Shown here: piece after piece, positions 1 to 7,962 of the stretch
Position numbering within the stretch: position 1 is the stretch's first letter
Layout: every line of letters starts with the position of its first letter
Assembly (NCBI GenBank): GCA_964599565.1
Contig: CAZRFE010000002.1
Coordinates: 9,646-73,645, forward strand
Origin: an uncultured Gammaproteobacteria bacterium
Lineage (GTDB): Bacteria; Pseudomonadota; Gammaproteobacteria; Natronospirales; JAJUFS01
Reading direction: 5' to 3'
DNA length: 64,000 nt
Program-made: the position numbers and the translations under genes
Notes under the pieces: model-generated
What the model was told of the DNA's origin: nothing
The model's input: only the letters and a program-made list of their open reading frames with translations
Database searches by the model: none

Positions 1-148
1 GCGTTGCGAGCACGTCGAACTCGGGTCCCGTCAGCCCGAAGCGCTTGATGTCGCCCATGCTGAACTCGCTGAACGCCTGGTAGGCGCGCACCACTTCGCG
101 AATCACGGCAAGCGCAGGCTCGCGGGCACACTCTTTCGTACGGTCCAT
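1..148 (-). CDS. MarR-family transcriptional regulator, N-terminal fragment (gene continues beyond the window start)
   Basis: Own translation of the reverse strand from the ATG at 148: MDRTKECAREPALAVIREVVRAYQAFSEFSMGDIKRFGLTGPEFDVLATL. This resembles the N-terminal region of MarR-type regulators. Only about 49 codons are visible. Confidence 0.45.
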   Translation of the reverse strand, partial: MDRTKECAREPALAVIREVVRAYQAFSEFSMGDIKRFGLTGPEFDVLAT

Positions 149-215
149 CAGACGGTCTTTCTCTACGGGATAGTCCAGCATTGATAAGTCCATGCCTGTT
201 TCAAGTCAAGCCGCT

Positions 216-1304
216 TCAGTAAGCGACACCGATGCCGAAGTGAAAACCGATGTCCGGCGTGTTGTTGAAATTCACAACATTTTCCGTGAGCGCGAACGTG
301 TAATGCAGTGCGCCGCGGCGATGCCGGATGCCGGCGCTCAGCTGGTACTGGTTCGCCGCAAGCTCGGGATCGGTGTCGCCACGGAAGATGCTGCGTGCCG
401 CGGTCGCCTGCAGCACGACGCTCGTCTGCGGTGCAACGCGCCGCTCCCACGCCGCCGTGATGCTCGGAATGTGCCGCCGCATCGCGCCGAAACTGTCGGA
501 GCCGCCGAACCACACATGGTTCAGGCTGAAATAAAGGCCGTCGTCCGCCCACTGGCGCTGGAAGGAAACCTGCGCGCCGATGTCCGCATGCCCGGATGAG
601 AACAGGGGATCGCTCGCGCCGAGCGGCAGTTTCGCCGCGACTTCCAGCACCACGTCCCACGCGCCGGCGGAAAGGCCGCGCTTGCGAAGACCGATCACCG
701 GATCCGCAATCCCGGTGCCGCGCGGTGCTTCCGCGAACGCCACCTCGTGGTCGCCCACCTTGAAGAAACCCTGGAACCGGTCCTGCGCGACAAGATCCCG
801 GCCGAAATCGCTGAACCCGGCCTTGCGGTGAAAACTCTCGATGGCTGCGTCCAGCGAACCGCCGTGATAGCGATGCACGGGCAGGATGCCGTACACCGCC
901 AGCGATTCCGACACACCGTAGTGGAAGGAAAGGCTGAGCACGGAAATGGAGCCATCGAAATAGAAGGCATCGCCGTCCAGCGCTGCCAGCGCCGCGAAAT
1001 CCGCGTCCGCCAGCGGCGCGCGCGTGCCCCGCGCCTCCAGGTAGTCATGCACGTTGCCGCTCATGATGAAGGTGTTCGTGTACGAGACGTTCGCCTCCGC
1101 CGCCCAGCCCTCCGGGTAGCGCGCGGCGGCGCTCGCGGGCAGGAAGTCCAGCCGCTGAAGCGCGAACGGCGTGAGATCGCGCAGCCGCAACGGGCCGAGC
1201 AGGCCGGAATCGTCAGTTTCCGATGCCTGTGCAGAAAAGCTCGCCGTCCCGGCGATCACCAGGAACAGCAGGACTTTCAACCACTTGTATGAACGGTGCA
1301 GCAT
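216..1304 (-). CDS. Secreted putative outer-membrane beta-barrel protein (DUF3187-like by recollection)
   Basis: 362-aa ORF with an N-terminal signal peptide (KVLLFLVIAGTASFSAQA). It has alternating beta-strand-like segments and a C-terminal aromatic residue (GIGVAY), typical of an OMP beta-signal. The family name is from memory only. Confidence 0.6.
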   Translation of the reverse strand: MLHRSYKWLKVLLFLVIAGTASFSAQASETDDSGLLGPLRLRDLTPFALQRLDFLPASAAARYPEGWAAEANVSYTNTFIMSGNVHDYLEARGTRAPLADADFAALAALDGDAFYFDGSISVLSLSFHYGVSESLAVYGILPVHRYHGGSLDAAIESFHRKAGFSDFGRDLVAQDRFQGFFKVGDHEVAFAEAPRGTGIADPVIGLRKRGLSAGAWDVVLEVAAKLPLGASDPLFSSGHADIGAQVSFQRQWADDGLYFSLNHVWFGGSDSFGAMRRHIPSITAAWERRVAPQTSVVLQATAARSIFRGDTDPELAANQYQLSAGIRHRRGALHYTFALTENVVNFNNTPDIGFHFGIGVAY

Positions 1305-1546
1305 TTATCCGAAACCATTTAATCCATTTACGGACTATTAAGTTGAAAAAGTGTCCGGCGGCACCTGCGGGGAGGGGAAGATCAGGGGGAGCTTGGCCAG
1401 GGGATAGCGGCGTCACCCCGGAGCACCCGCAGTGCCGACCGGACAGCGCAAATTATAATCCGATTTCGGACTAAATCAAGTCGGACTTTATTAATTCGTA
1501 ATATTTCTGGTGCGTCCGACTTTTTCGGGGAACCGCCGGCTGCGTT

Positions 1547-3025
1547 ATGCTCGCGGGCGTTTTCACCCCCGTTTTCCTTCCGTCCCGGAGAACCCTGCCC
1601 GTGCACCCCCGCCCGCTCGCCTTCGTCGATCTCGAGACCACCGGCACGCATCCGCGCGTCGACCGCATCATCGAGGTCGGCGTCGTGCTGGCGGAGCCGG
1701 ACGGGACTTTTCGCGAATGGCAGAGCCTCATCGATCCGGACGTCTCGATTCCGCCGTTCATCGAGAACTTCACGGGGATTTCCAATGCGGACGTCGTCGC
1801 GTCACCGCGCTTCGAGGAGATCGCCGACGAACTCGCCGCGCTGCTGGAAGACCGCGTGTTCGTCGCGCACAACGCGCGCTTCGACTACGGCTTCCTGCGC
1901 CATGCATTCCAGCGCGCCGGGTTGAAGTTCCATCGCCAGCCGCTGTGCACGGTGAAACTCTCGCGGCGGCTTTATCCCGCATACACGCGTCACAACCTCG
2001 ATGCGCTCATCGGCCGTCACGCACTCGACGTCTCCGACCGGCACCGCGCGCTCGGCGACGCCAGGCTGATCCACCAGTTCCTGGATGTCGCATTCCGCGA
2101 ACATGGCGAGGCAACCGTGAACGCCGCCATCGGCGAACTCATCAAGCGTCCCGCCCTGCCGCCGCACCTGCCCGCCGCCGAGATCGACGCGCTCGCGGAG
2201 ACGCCGGGCGTCTACCGCTTCTACGACGAGAACGGCCTCCTTTTATATGTGGGCAAGAGCGTGAACGTGCGCTCGCGCGTGCTTTCACATTTCTCCGCGG
2301 ACCATGCAAGTAGCAAGGAAATGCGTCTCGCGCAGCAGGTGCGGCACGTGGAATGCACGACGACAGCAGGCGAACTCGGCGCGCTGCTGCTTGAGAACCG
2401 CGAGATCAAGGAACGGCTGCCGACGCTCAACCGCCGCCAGCGGCGCACGGAAAGCCTGCTGTCGCTGCAGCTTGCAAAGGATGCTGCCGCGGAACCCGTG
2501 GTGAAGATCGTTCATGTCGCAGCCTCCGACTTCGACAACGCAGGCGCACTGCACGGCTTGTTTCGCACGAAGCGTCTCGCGGAGAACGCGCTGCGCGAAC
2601 TGTGTACCGAACACGGGCTGTGCCCGCGAAAGCTCGGGCTCGAAGCGCGCGGCGCGAAGGGACAGCCGTGCTTTGCACGGCAGCTGAAGAAATGCCGCGG
2701 CGCCTGCGAAGGCGCGGAGCCGGAACTGAAACATCACATCCGGCTGATGCAGGCGCTGGGGAAACTGAAACTCAAGGCGTGGCCGTATCCCGGGCGCATC
2801 GGCATCCGCGAAAGAAACCCCGACGGCGGCACGGACATCCACATTCTTGAGAACTGGTGCCATCTCGGCACGATCCGCGAACGGGATCTGCAGGGCGACC
2901 TGTTCGATTCATCGAAACTGGAAGGCGCGTTCGACCTGGATACCTACCGGATACTCGTGCGCTACCTGCATGGCAGGAAACGCGAACTCGATATCGTTCG
3001 CCTCGGCGAACCGCAGCCCGCCTAG
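1547..3025 (+). CDS. DEDDh 3'-5' exonuclease (DnaQ/epsilon-like) fused to a GIY-YIG (UvrC/Cho-like) nuclease domain
   Basis: The N-terminus has exonuclease motifs FVDLETTG, FVAHNARFDYGFL and HRALGDA. The middle has a GIY-YIG motif (GVYRFYDENGLLLYVGKSVNVRSRV, ELGALLLENREIKE). The true start may be the internal GTG near 1601. Confidence 0.8.
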   Translation: MLAGVFTPVFLPSRRTLPVHPRPLAFVDLETTGTHPRVDRIIEVGVVLAEPDGTFREWQSLIDPDVSIPPFIENFTGISNADVVASPRFEEIADELAALLEDRVFVAHNARFDYGFLRHAFQRAGLKFHRQPLCTVKLSRRLYPAYTRHNLDALIGRHALDVSDRHRALGDARLIHQFLDVAFREHGEATVNAAIGELIKRPALPPHLPAAEIDALAETPGVYRFYDENGLLLYVGKSVNVRSRVLSHFSADHASSKEMRLAQQVRHVECTTTAGELGALLLENREIKERLPTLNRRQRRTESLLSLQLAKDAAAEPVVKIVHVAASDFDNAGALHGLFRTKRLAENALRELCTEHGLCPRKLGLEARGAKGQPCFARQLKKCRGACEGAEPELKHHIRLMQALGKLKLKAWPYPGRIGIRERNPDGGTDIHILENWCHLGTIRERDLQGDLFDSSKLEGAFDLDTYRILVRYLHGRKRELDIVRLGEPQPA

Positions 3026-3034
3026 CGGCGTTGT

Positions 3035-3280
3035 TCAGTCCTTGAGTTTCTTCGGCTTCACCTGCACGACTTTCGTACTGAGCTTTCCGGTAATCATCCA
3101 GCAGCAGTATTCGGGATATGCGAGCGCGATCTTCTCAATGATCTCGAAACCGGGTTTCCGCCGGCCGCTCTCGACCGCCACCAGTGTCTGTTCCTTCAGT
3201 CCGTGCTTGCGCGAAAAGAGCGTACGCCCAAGCCCCGTGGATTCACGCAACATTCGAATCCGTTCACCAATGGTTGACAT
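3035..3280 (-). CDS. XRE/Cro-C1-type HTH repressor (phage P2 C-like position)
   Basis: MSTIGERIRMLRESTGLGRTLFSRKHGLKEQTLVAVESGRRKPGFEIIEKIA is a classic HTH_XRE pattern. The ATG at 3280 is preceded by AGGAAA. The ORF-track start at 3307 is a TTG without an RBS. GC is locally lower than in the flanks. Confidence 0.7.
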   Translation of the reverse strand: MSTIGERIRMLRESTGLGRTLFSRKHGLKEQTLVAVESGRRKPGFEIIEKIALAYPEYCCWMITGKLSTKVVQVKPKKLKD

Positions 3281-3318
3281 CGATCGCTTTCCTGTTACGA
3301 TTGGCAAAGGGTATGACG

Positions 3319-3350
3319 AGTGTCAAACCCATTGTGATTTAGTGTGAAAC
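3319..3350. promoter_or_regulatory. Two direct repeats AGTGT(C/G)AAAC spaced 22 bp start-to-start, in the divergent repressor/Cox-like intergenic region (candidate operators)
   Basis: agtgtcaaac lies at 3319-3328 and agtgtgaaac at 3341-3350. The first repeat contains a perfect TTGACA hexamer on the minus strand. Confidence 0.4.
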
Positions 3351-3373
3351 AAAGTGACGGGAGTCTAGCCGAC

Positions 3374-3619
3374 ATGGAATGTTGCGGCCTAGCGAAGCCT
3401 TGCCTTTTCCCTGGCGTTGCCCTCCTCAGCCCCGTTGTCAGCAAGGAACGCTTCGCGGAGATTTCCGGGCTGGAAGTCGGCGTCGTGCGCGGCATGCTGG
3501 ACCGGGGATACCTTCCGGCCATGAAGATCGGCCGCCATCGTCTCGTGAACCTCTCCGCGCTGCATGCGCAAAGCCTGGCTTGCCTCGCCGCGCGCGAGCA
3601 ATCAGCGCCGGGACGATGA
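3374..3619 (+). CDS. Cox/excisionase-like small DNA-binding protein
   Basis: SKERFAEISGLEVGVVRGMLDRGYLPAMKIGRHRLVNLSAL resembles the P2 Cox HTH (…YQEFAKLIGKSTGAVRRMIDKGKLPVI…) as I recall it. It is divergent from the XRE gene. The start is uncertain (GTG 3344 or ATG 3374). The 3' end overlaps the nfi 3' end by 18 nt. Confidence 0.5.
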   Translation: MECCGLAKPCLFPGVALLSPVVSKERFAEISGLEVGVVRGMLDRGYLPAMKIGRHRLVNLSALHAQSLACLAAREQSAPGR

Positions 3620-4267
3620 CAGCCTGTCCGCCGCACGTATCGGTTCGGGCAACCGGTAGCGCGTCGTGAAGCGGAGCACGAGTTCGGTTGCGGTGTCCAG
3701 GCTGACGCGGTTTCCAACGGAGACATACACCGGTTTCACGTTCGCGCGCGTGCGCAGCACGCGGCCGATGATTTCATCCTTGTCGATGAGCGGCGTCGAG
3801 TCGCCGCGCGCGTTGCCCGGTTCATCATGCTTTCCCGTCAGGCGCGACTTGCCGACGCCGAGCGCCGGCAGTCCCGTGATCACGCCGAGGTGCGCGGCGA
3901 TGCCGAGCCTGCGCGGATGCGCGATGCCCTGGCCATCGCAAAGCAGGAGATCGGGAAGTTCCTGGAGGCGTTCGAACGCGCCGAGCAGCGCGGGAATCTC
4001 GCGGAACGAAAGCAGGCCCGGCACGTAGGGAAAGCGCGTCGGTTCACGGTGCAGAACGGACTCGATGACGTCGAGCGAGTCTGCGTCCATCACGACGATG
4101 GCGGCGCGCGTGACGGTGCCGTTGTCTTCAAAGCCCGTATCCACGCCCGCCACGCGCCGGATGGCGCCGAAATCGTCACGCGCGATCACGCGCGGCGCGA
4201 TTTCCTTCTGCAGCGCGATTGCTTCGCGCGGCGAGAGATTCCAGCCGTGTTCGAAGGCAAGCTTCAT
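3602..4267 (-). CDS. nfi: Endonuclease V
   Basis: From the internal Met: MKLAFEHGWNLSPREAIALQKEIAPRVI…VAGVDTGFED…YVPGLLSFREIPALL…LLCDGQGIAHPRRLGIAAHLGV. This gives full-length similarity to Nfi. The start codon overlaps the upstream GATase stop. Confidence 0.9.
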   Translation of the reverse strand: MKLAFEHGWNLSPREAIALQKEIAPRVIARDDFGAIRRVAGVDTGFEDNGTVTRAAIVVMDADSLDVIESVLHREPTRFPYVPGLLSFREIPALLGAFERLQELPDLLLCDGQGIAHPRRLGIAAHLGVITGLPALGVGKSRLTGKHDEPGNARGDSTPLIDKDEIIGRVLRTRANVKPVYVSVGNRVSLDTATELVLRFTTRYRLPEPIRAADRLSSSRR

Positions 4268-4968
4268 GCGTGTTCGAGCCCGGCGAGCCATTCGTTGAAG
4301 AAATGCGCAGCGTTGTGTTGCAGCGTCTCGCCGTGCCGTGCGGCATCCGCGCGCAGATCGCGCAGAGGCGGACTCGATGGATTCCGAAGCGCGCGGTAAT
4401 GCCCGACGTACCACGACTCCAGTCCTTCGGGCGTCACTTCCGGATGAAACTGCACGCCGAGCAGGTTTGCGCCGACGGAGAACGCCTGGTGCGGGCAGTC
4501 GGGCGTGGATGCGAGCGGCACGCCGTGCTCGGGAAGATCGAAGGCATCGCCATGCCAGTGGAACACGGGCGCACCGGTGAAGTGACGCAGCACGGATTCG
4601 CTGCCGGATGCCGTCAGCGTGAGCGGCAGCCAGCCGACCTCGCCGCGCACCGCGGGTGCGACGCGCGCACCGAGCGCGCGCGCCATCAGTTGTGCGCCAA
4701 GACAGATGCCGAGCGTCGGCAGGTTGTGTTCGAGACGCCGCTCGAGCAGGCGAAGCTCGCTCGCGAGAAACGGATAGTCCGCTTCATCGTTCGCGCTCAC
4801 CGGACCGCCGAGCACGACCAGGAGATCGGGTTCTGCATTCTCGATGTCCGCAGCCGCCGCGCGCGGCGCTTCGATGTAGCGCACGCGGTAACCGGCATGC
4901 AGCAGGATGTCTTCGAAGGTGCCGAGATCCTCGAACTCAAGATGACAGATGGCGATGCATTCGCGCAT
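4264..4968 (-). CDS. Class-I glutamine amidotransferase (GMP-synthase-like GATase domain protein)
   Basis: The nucleophile elbow LGICLGAQLMA and GVQFHPEVT (His-x-Glu) are present. The ATG at 4968 is preceded by AAGGAAA. The ORF-track start at 4998 is a TTG. Confidence 0.85.
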   Translation of the reverse strand: MRECIAICHLEFEDLGTFEDILLHAGYRVRYIEAPRAAAADIENAEPDLLVVLGGPVSANDEADYPFLASELRLLERRLEHNLPTLGICLGAQLMARALGARVAPAVRGEVGWLPLTLTASGSESVLRHFTGAPVFHWHGDAFDLPEHGVPLASTPDCPHQAFSVGANLLGVQFHPEVTPEGLESWYVGHYRALRNPSSPPLRDLRADAARHGETLQHNAAHFFNEWLAGLEHA

Positions 4969-4994
4969 GCGTGTTTCCTTCGCGTGAAACGCGG

Positions 4995-6053
4995 TCAAAG
5001 AAGGCTTTGCTGGCCGGAGAGATCCGGTGCGCGAAAGCGCGTGACGTCGAGCACGGGGCGCGGCGCGAGATTCATGCCGTAGCGCCGGCAGGCAAGACGA
5101 AACCGCTTGCGGATCATTTCCGCGTATTCGCCTGTGCCGCGCATGCGTTCGCCGAATTCGCTCGCGTAATCCTTGCCGCCGCGCGACTGGCGCACCAGCG
5201 ACATCACGTGCTCGGCGCGCATCGGCAGGTGCGTCTCAAGCCAGTCCTGGAACAGCGGCGCGACTTCATGCGGCAGGCGCAGGAAGATATAGCTCGCCCA
5301 GCGCGCACCCGCCGCGCACGACGCTTCCACGATGGCTTCCATCTCGCTGTCGTTGACGAACGGAATGACCGGCGCGACCAGCACGCTCACGGGCACGCCC
5401 GCGGCGGTGAGTTCGCGAACGACATCAAGCCGTGCGCCGGGCGACGCAGCGCGCGGTTCCAGTGTGCGTTTCAGTTCCGGCTGAAGCGTGGTGAGGCTGA
5501 CGGCCACGCTCGCAAGATGATTGCGCGCCATGTCCGCGAGCAGGTCGATGTCGCGCAGGATGAGATTGCCCTTGGTGATGATCGTCACCGGATGCTCGCA
5601 CTCCGCGAGCACTTCGAGGCATTCGCGCGTCACCCGGTAACGTTTCTCGATCGGCTGGTAGGGATCGGTGTTCGAGCCGATGTTGATCACGCGGCACTGG
5701 TAACCGCGCCGTGCAAGCGTTTCGCGCAGCAGCCGCGCGGCGTCGCGCTTGTAATAGAGAATGCTTTCGAAATCCACGCCCGGCGAGAGATCGACATACG
5801 CGTGCGACGGACGCGCGTAGCAGTAGATGCAGCCGTGCTCGCAGCCGCGGTAGGGATTGATGGATTGCTCGAAGGGAATGTCCGGCGAGTCGTTGCGCGT
5901 GACGATGCTGCGCGCACGTTCGCCGCGCACTTCCGTTGCCACGCTGTCGGGCACGGCTTCGCGTTCCGTGCTGCGCACGGTTGTCGCGAAGCGCCCGGCG
6001 GGATTGAGTGTTGCGCCGCGGCCGCGGCGGACGTGGCGTTCGTGTTCGGACAT
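4995..6053 (-). CDS. PA0069-family radical SAM protein
   Basis: The motif CEHGCIYCYAR matches CxxxCxxC. The N-terminus GRGATLNPAGRF is typical of this family. It is the first gene of the radical-SAM/GATase/nfi string. Confidence 0.85.
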   Translation of the reverse strand: MSEHERHVRRGRGATLNPAGRFATTVRSTEREAVPDSVATEVRGERARSIVTRNDSPDIPFEQSINPYRGCEHGCIYCYARPSHAYVDLSPGVDFESILYYKRDAARLLRETLARRGYQCRVINIGSNTDPYQPIEKRYRVTRECLEVLAECEHPVTIITKGNLILRDIDLLADMARNHLASVAVSLTTLQPELKRTLEPRAASPGARLDVVRELTAAGVPVSVLVAPVIPFVNDSEMEAIVEASCAAGARWASYIFLRLPHEVAPLFQDWLETHLPMRAEHVMSLVRQSRGGKDYASEFGERMRGTGEYAEMIRKRFRLACRRYGMNLAPRPVLDVTRFRAPDLSGQQSLL

Positions 6054-6149
6054 GCAGGCATTGTTCTATTCCGCGCGCTCGCCCGCAAGCGCGCTCGCCG
6101 CAGCCGGCCAAAGGTGTCAGACTGATCGCCCCGCACAAGGAGAATGCCC

Positions 6150-7136
6150 ATGAATCCGAACCTTACGGGTGAGCGCAGCTGGCGCGGTGCGCGCCTGTTC
6201 GGCGGCGCACTTGTCATCCTGCTGTTGCTGATGATCGTCATCGGCTGGTACTGGTCGCGCACGCCGGATGTCGCATGGATCGACAACCAGGTGGACGGCA
6301 CGGCGGCGCCGGTCGGACATGCAAGTTCCGACGCGCTGGTGAAGGTTGTCGATGTGCTGCTTGAGAAACCCGGCGGCTGGCTTTCGAACGACGTGACGCC
6401 GCCGTCCGTGCTGCTCGATAACATGCCGAGCTTTGAATATGGCGCCATCATCCAGGTGCGCGATTTCAGCCGCGCGCTCAGGAACGATTTTTCACGTTCG
6501 CAGACGCAGTCGCTGGAGGATCGCGATCTTGCGGTCGCGGAGCCGGCGTTCAACTACAACCACCGCTCCTGGCTGTTCCCGCGCACCGAAGCGCAGTACG
6601 CCGAAGGCCTGGAAGCCGTGCGCCGCTACCAGGCGCGGCTTGCGAACGGCAACGCGGAGTTCTTTGCGCGCGCGGACAACCTGCGCAACTGGCTTGCGAT
6701 CGTCGAGAAGCGGCTCGGCGATCTCTCGCAGCGCCTGACGGCGAGCGTCGGGCAGCGGCGCGTCAACACCAATCTCGCAGGCGACCGCACGGCGGCTGCG
6801 ACATCCGGCGAACTCGATGACGTGATCGTGAAGACGCCGTGGCTTGAGATCGACAACGTGTATTACGAGGCGCGCGGCAGCGCGTGGGCGCTGATTCATT
6901 TCCTGCGCGCCGCGGAACTGGATTTCGATGAGGTGCTGAAGGACAAGAACGCCGCGATCAGCATGCGCCAGGTGATCCGCGAACTGGAAGCCACGCAGCA
7001 GTCGCTGATGAGCCCGATGGTGCTGAACGGTTCGGGCTTCGGGCTGTTTGCGAATCATTCGCTGGTGATGGCGTCTTACCTCTCGCGCGCAAACGCCGCG
7101 GTGATCGATCTGCGCGACCTGCTCGGCCAGGGGTAG
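6150..7136 (+). CDS. Membrane-anchored conserved hypothetical protein (DUF2333-like by recollection)
   Basis: It has a single N-terminal TM segment (LFGGALVILLLLMIVIGWYW) and a long soluble domain. The AAGGAGA RBS fits the ATG at 6150 better than the ATG at 6144. Confidence 0.65.
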   Translation: MNPNLTGERSWRGARLFGGALVILLLLMIVIGWYWSRTPDVAWIDNQVDGTAAPVGHASSDALVKVVDVLLEKPGGWLSNDVTPPSVLLDNMPSFEYGAIIQVRDFSRALRNDFSRSQTQSLEDRDLAVAEPAFNYNHRSWLFPRTEAQYAEGLEAVRRYQARLANGNAEFFARADNLRNWLAIVEKRLGDLSQRLTASVGQRRVNTNLAGDRTAAATSGELDDVIVKTPWLEIDNVYYEARGSAWALIHFLRAAELDFDEVLKDKNAAISMRQVIRELEATQQSLMSPMVLNGSGFGLFANHSLVMASYLSRANAAVIDLRDLLGQG

Positions 7137-7166
7137 GAACGGCTTCAGCCGCGATCTCTTGTTGAA

Positions 7167-7198
7167 GAAAAAAGCCGGGAGAATCCCGGCTTTTTTTC
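7167..7198. terminator. Bidirectional rho-independent terminator
   Basis: The sequence is aaaaaagccggga-gaa-tcccggcttttttt, a hairpin flanked by an A-run and a T-run. It lies between two convergent genes. Confidence 0.7.
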
Positions 7199-7231
7199 TC
7201 TGATGGGAATTGCGGCGAAAGCCGCCGTCGC

Positions 7232-7876
7232 TCAATGACTGTACCTGCTCCCCCGCGACGGCACGACGCGATCCGCGCGGCGCCGGCCCGCGGATTCGCG
7301 CCGCTCCTGCTCGCGCACCTGCTGGCGAATCTGCCAGCCCATTTCCGCGAACCGTTCGTCGGTCGGCGTCTGTGCAACGTGGCTCGTGTAATCCGTCAGC
7401 GTCTTCATGGCGACGGCGAGAATGACTTCAAGCACGTGATGTTCCTCGAAGCCCGCGGCGAGAAACGCATCGATGTCGTCTTCCTCGAGCTGGCCGCGCC
7501 TGACGACGACCCGCTGCGCGAAACGGCGCAGCGCTTCCAGCCGTTCGTTGTTCGGGACGGGATAGCTCTCGCGCAAGGCATCGAGCTCGTCTTCATCCAG
7601 CCCCGCACCGCGGGCGGCGTACGAGTGCGCGGCGATGGAATACTCGCTGCGGTGTTCGCGGCTTACCGCGAGCAGCACGGCCTGCTGCTCACCGGCGGAC
7701 AGGCTGGTGTCATGCACGAGCTTGTTGAGTGCCGCGCAGGCGCGCAACGCAGATGGCGAATGCGCGAGCACACGATAGAGATTCGGCAGGAAACCCATCT
7801 CGTGCTCAAGCGAATTCATCACGTCGCGCGAGGCGTCCGGTGCGTGGGCGCGATCCAGCGGCTGGAGAATCTTCAT
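7232..7876 (-). CDS. Carboxymuconolactone decarboxylase (AhpD-like) family protein
   Basis: FLPNLYRVLAHSPSALRA…LLAVSREHRSEYSIAAH is typical of the CMD/AhpD-like fold. There are two CMD-like repeats. Confidence 0.7.
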   Translation of the reverse strand: MKILQPLDRAHAPDASRDVMNSLEHEMGFLPNLYRVLAHSPSALRACAALNKLVHDTSLSAGEQQAVLLAVSREHRSEYSIAAHSYAARGAGLDEDELDALRESYPVPNNERLEALRRFAQRVVVRRGQLEEDDIDAFLAAGFEEHHVLEVILAVAMKTLTDYTSHVAQTPTDERFAEMGWQIRQQVREQERRESAGRRRADRVVPSRGSRYSH

Positions 7877-7962
7877 GGCGTGTCTCCGTCATGCGGACAC
7901 TATCGCCATGCGTTCGATGGGGAGAAAAATCAAGGGGGAAAGACGTTCTTCCGCAGCGCTTG

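Noticed and set aside
1213-1474. Small ORFs (1213-1416 minus strand, 1223-1474 plus strand) inside and overlapping the 1305-1546 intergenic region.
   Set aside because: They have no RBS, low-complexity translations, and overlap the start of the outer-membrane protein gene. The region is better explained as regulatory or structured DNA.
1467-1476. The 10-mer CGGACTAAAT at 1467-1476 recurs as its reverse complement at 59736-59745, next to the sRNA candidate. This could indicate a shared regulatory motif.
   Set aside because: A single shared 10-mer across 64 kb on two strands is expected by chance, because thousands of such pairs are expected. The match does not extend beyond 10 nt. Only the local clustering of CGGACT at 1330-1522 is kept as an observation.
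3026-3619. An intact prophage or integrative element around the repressor/Cox-like pair.
   Set aside because: There is no integrase, att-like repeat, or structural or lysis gene within reach. Both flanks are ordinary convergent chromosomal genes. It is reported only as an orphan switch.
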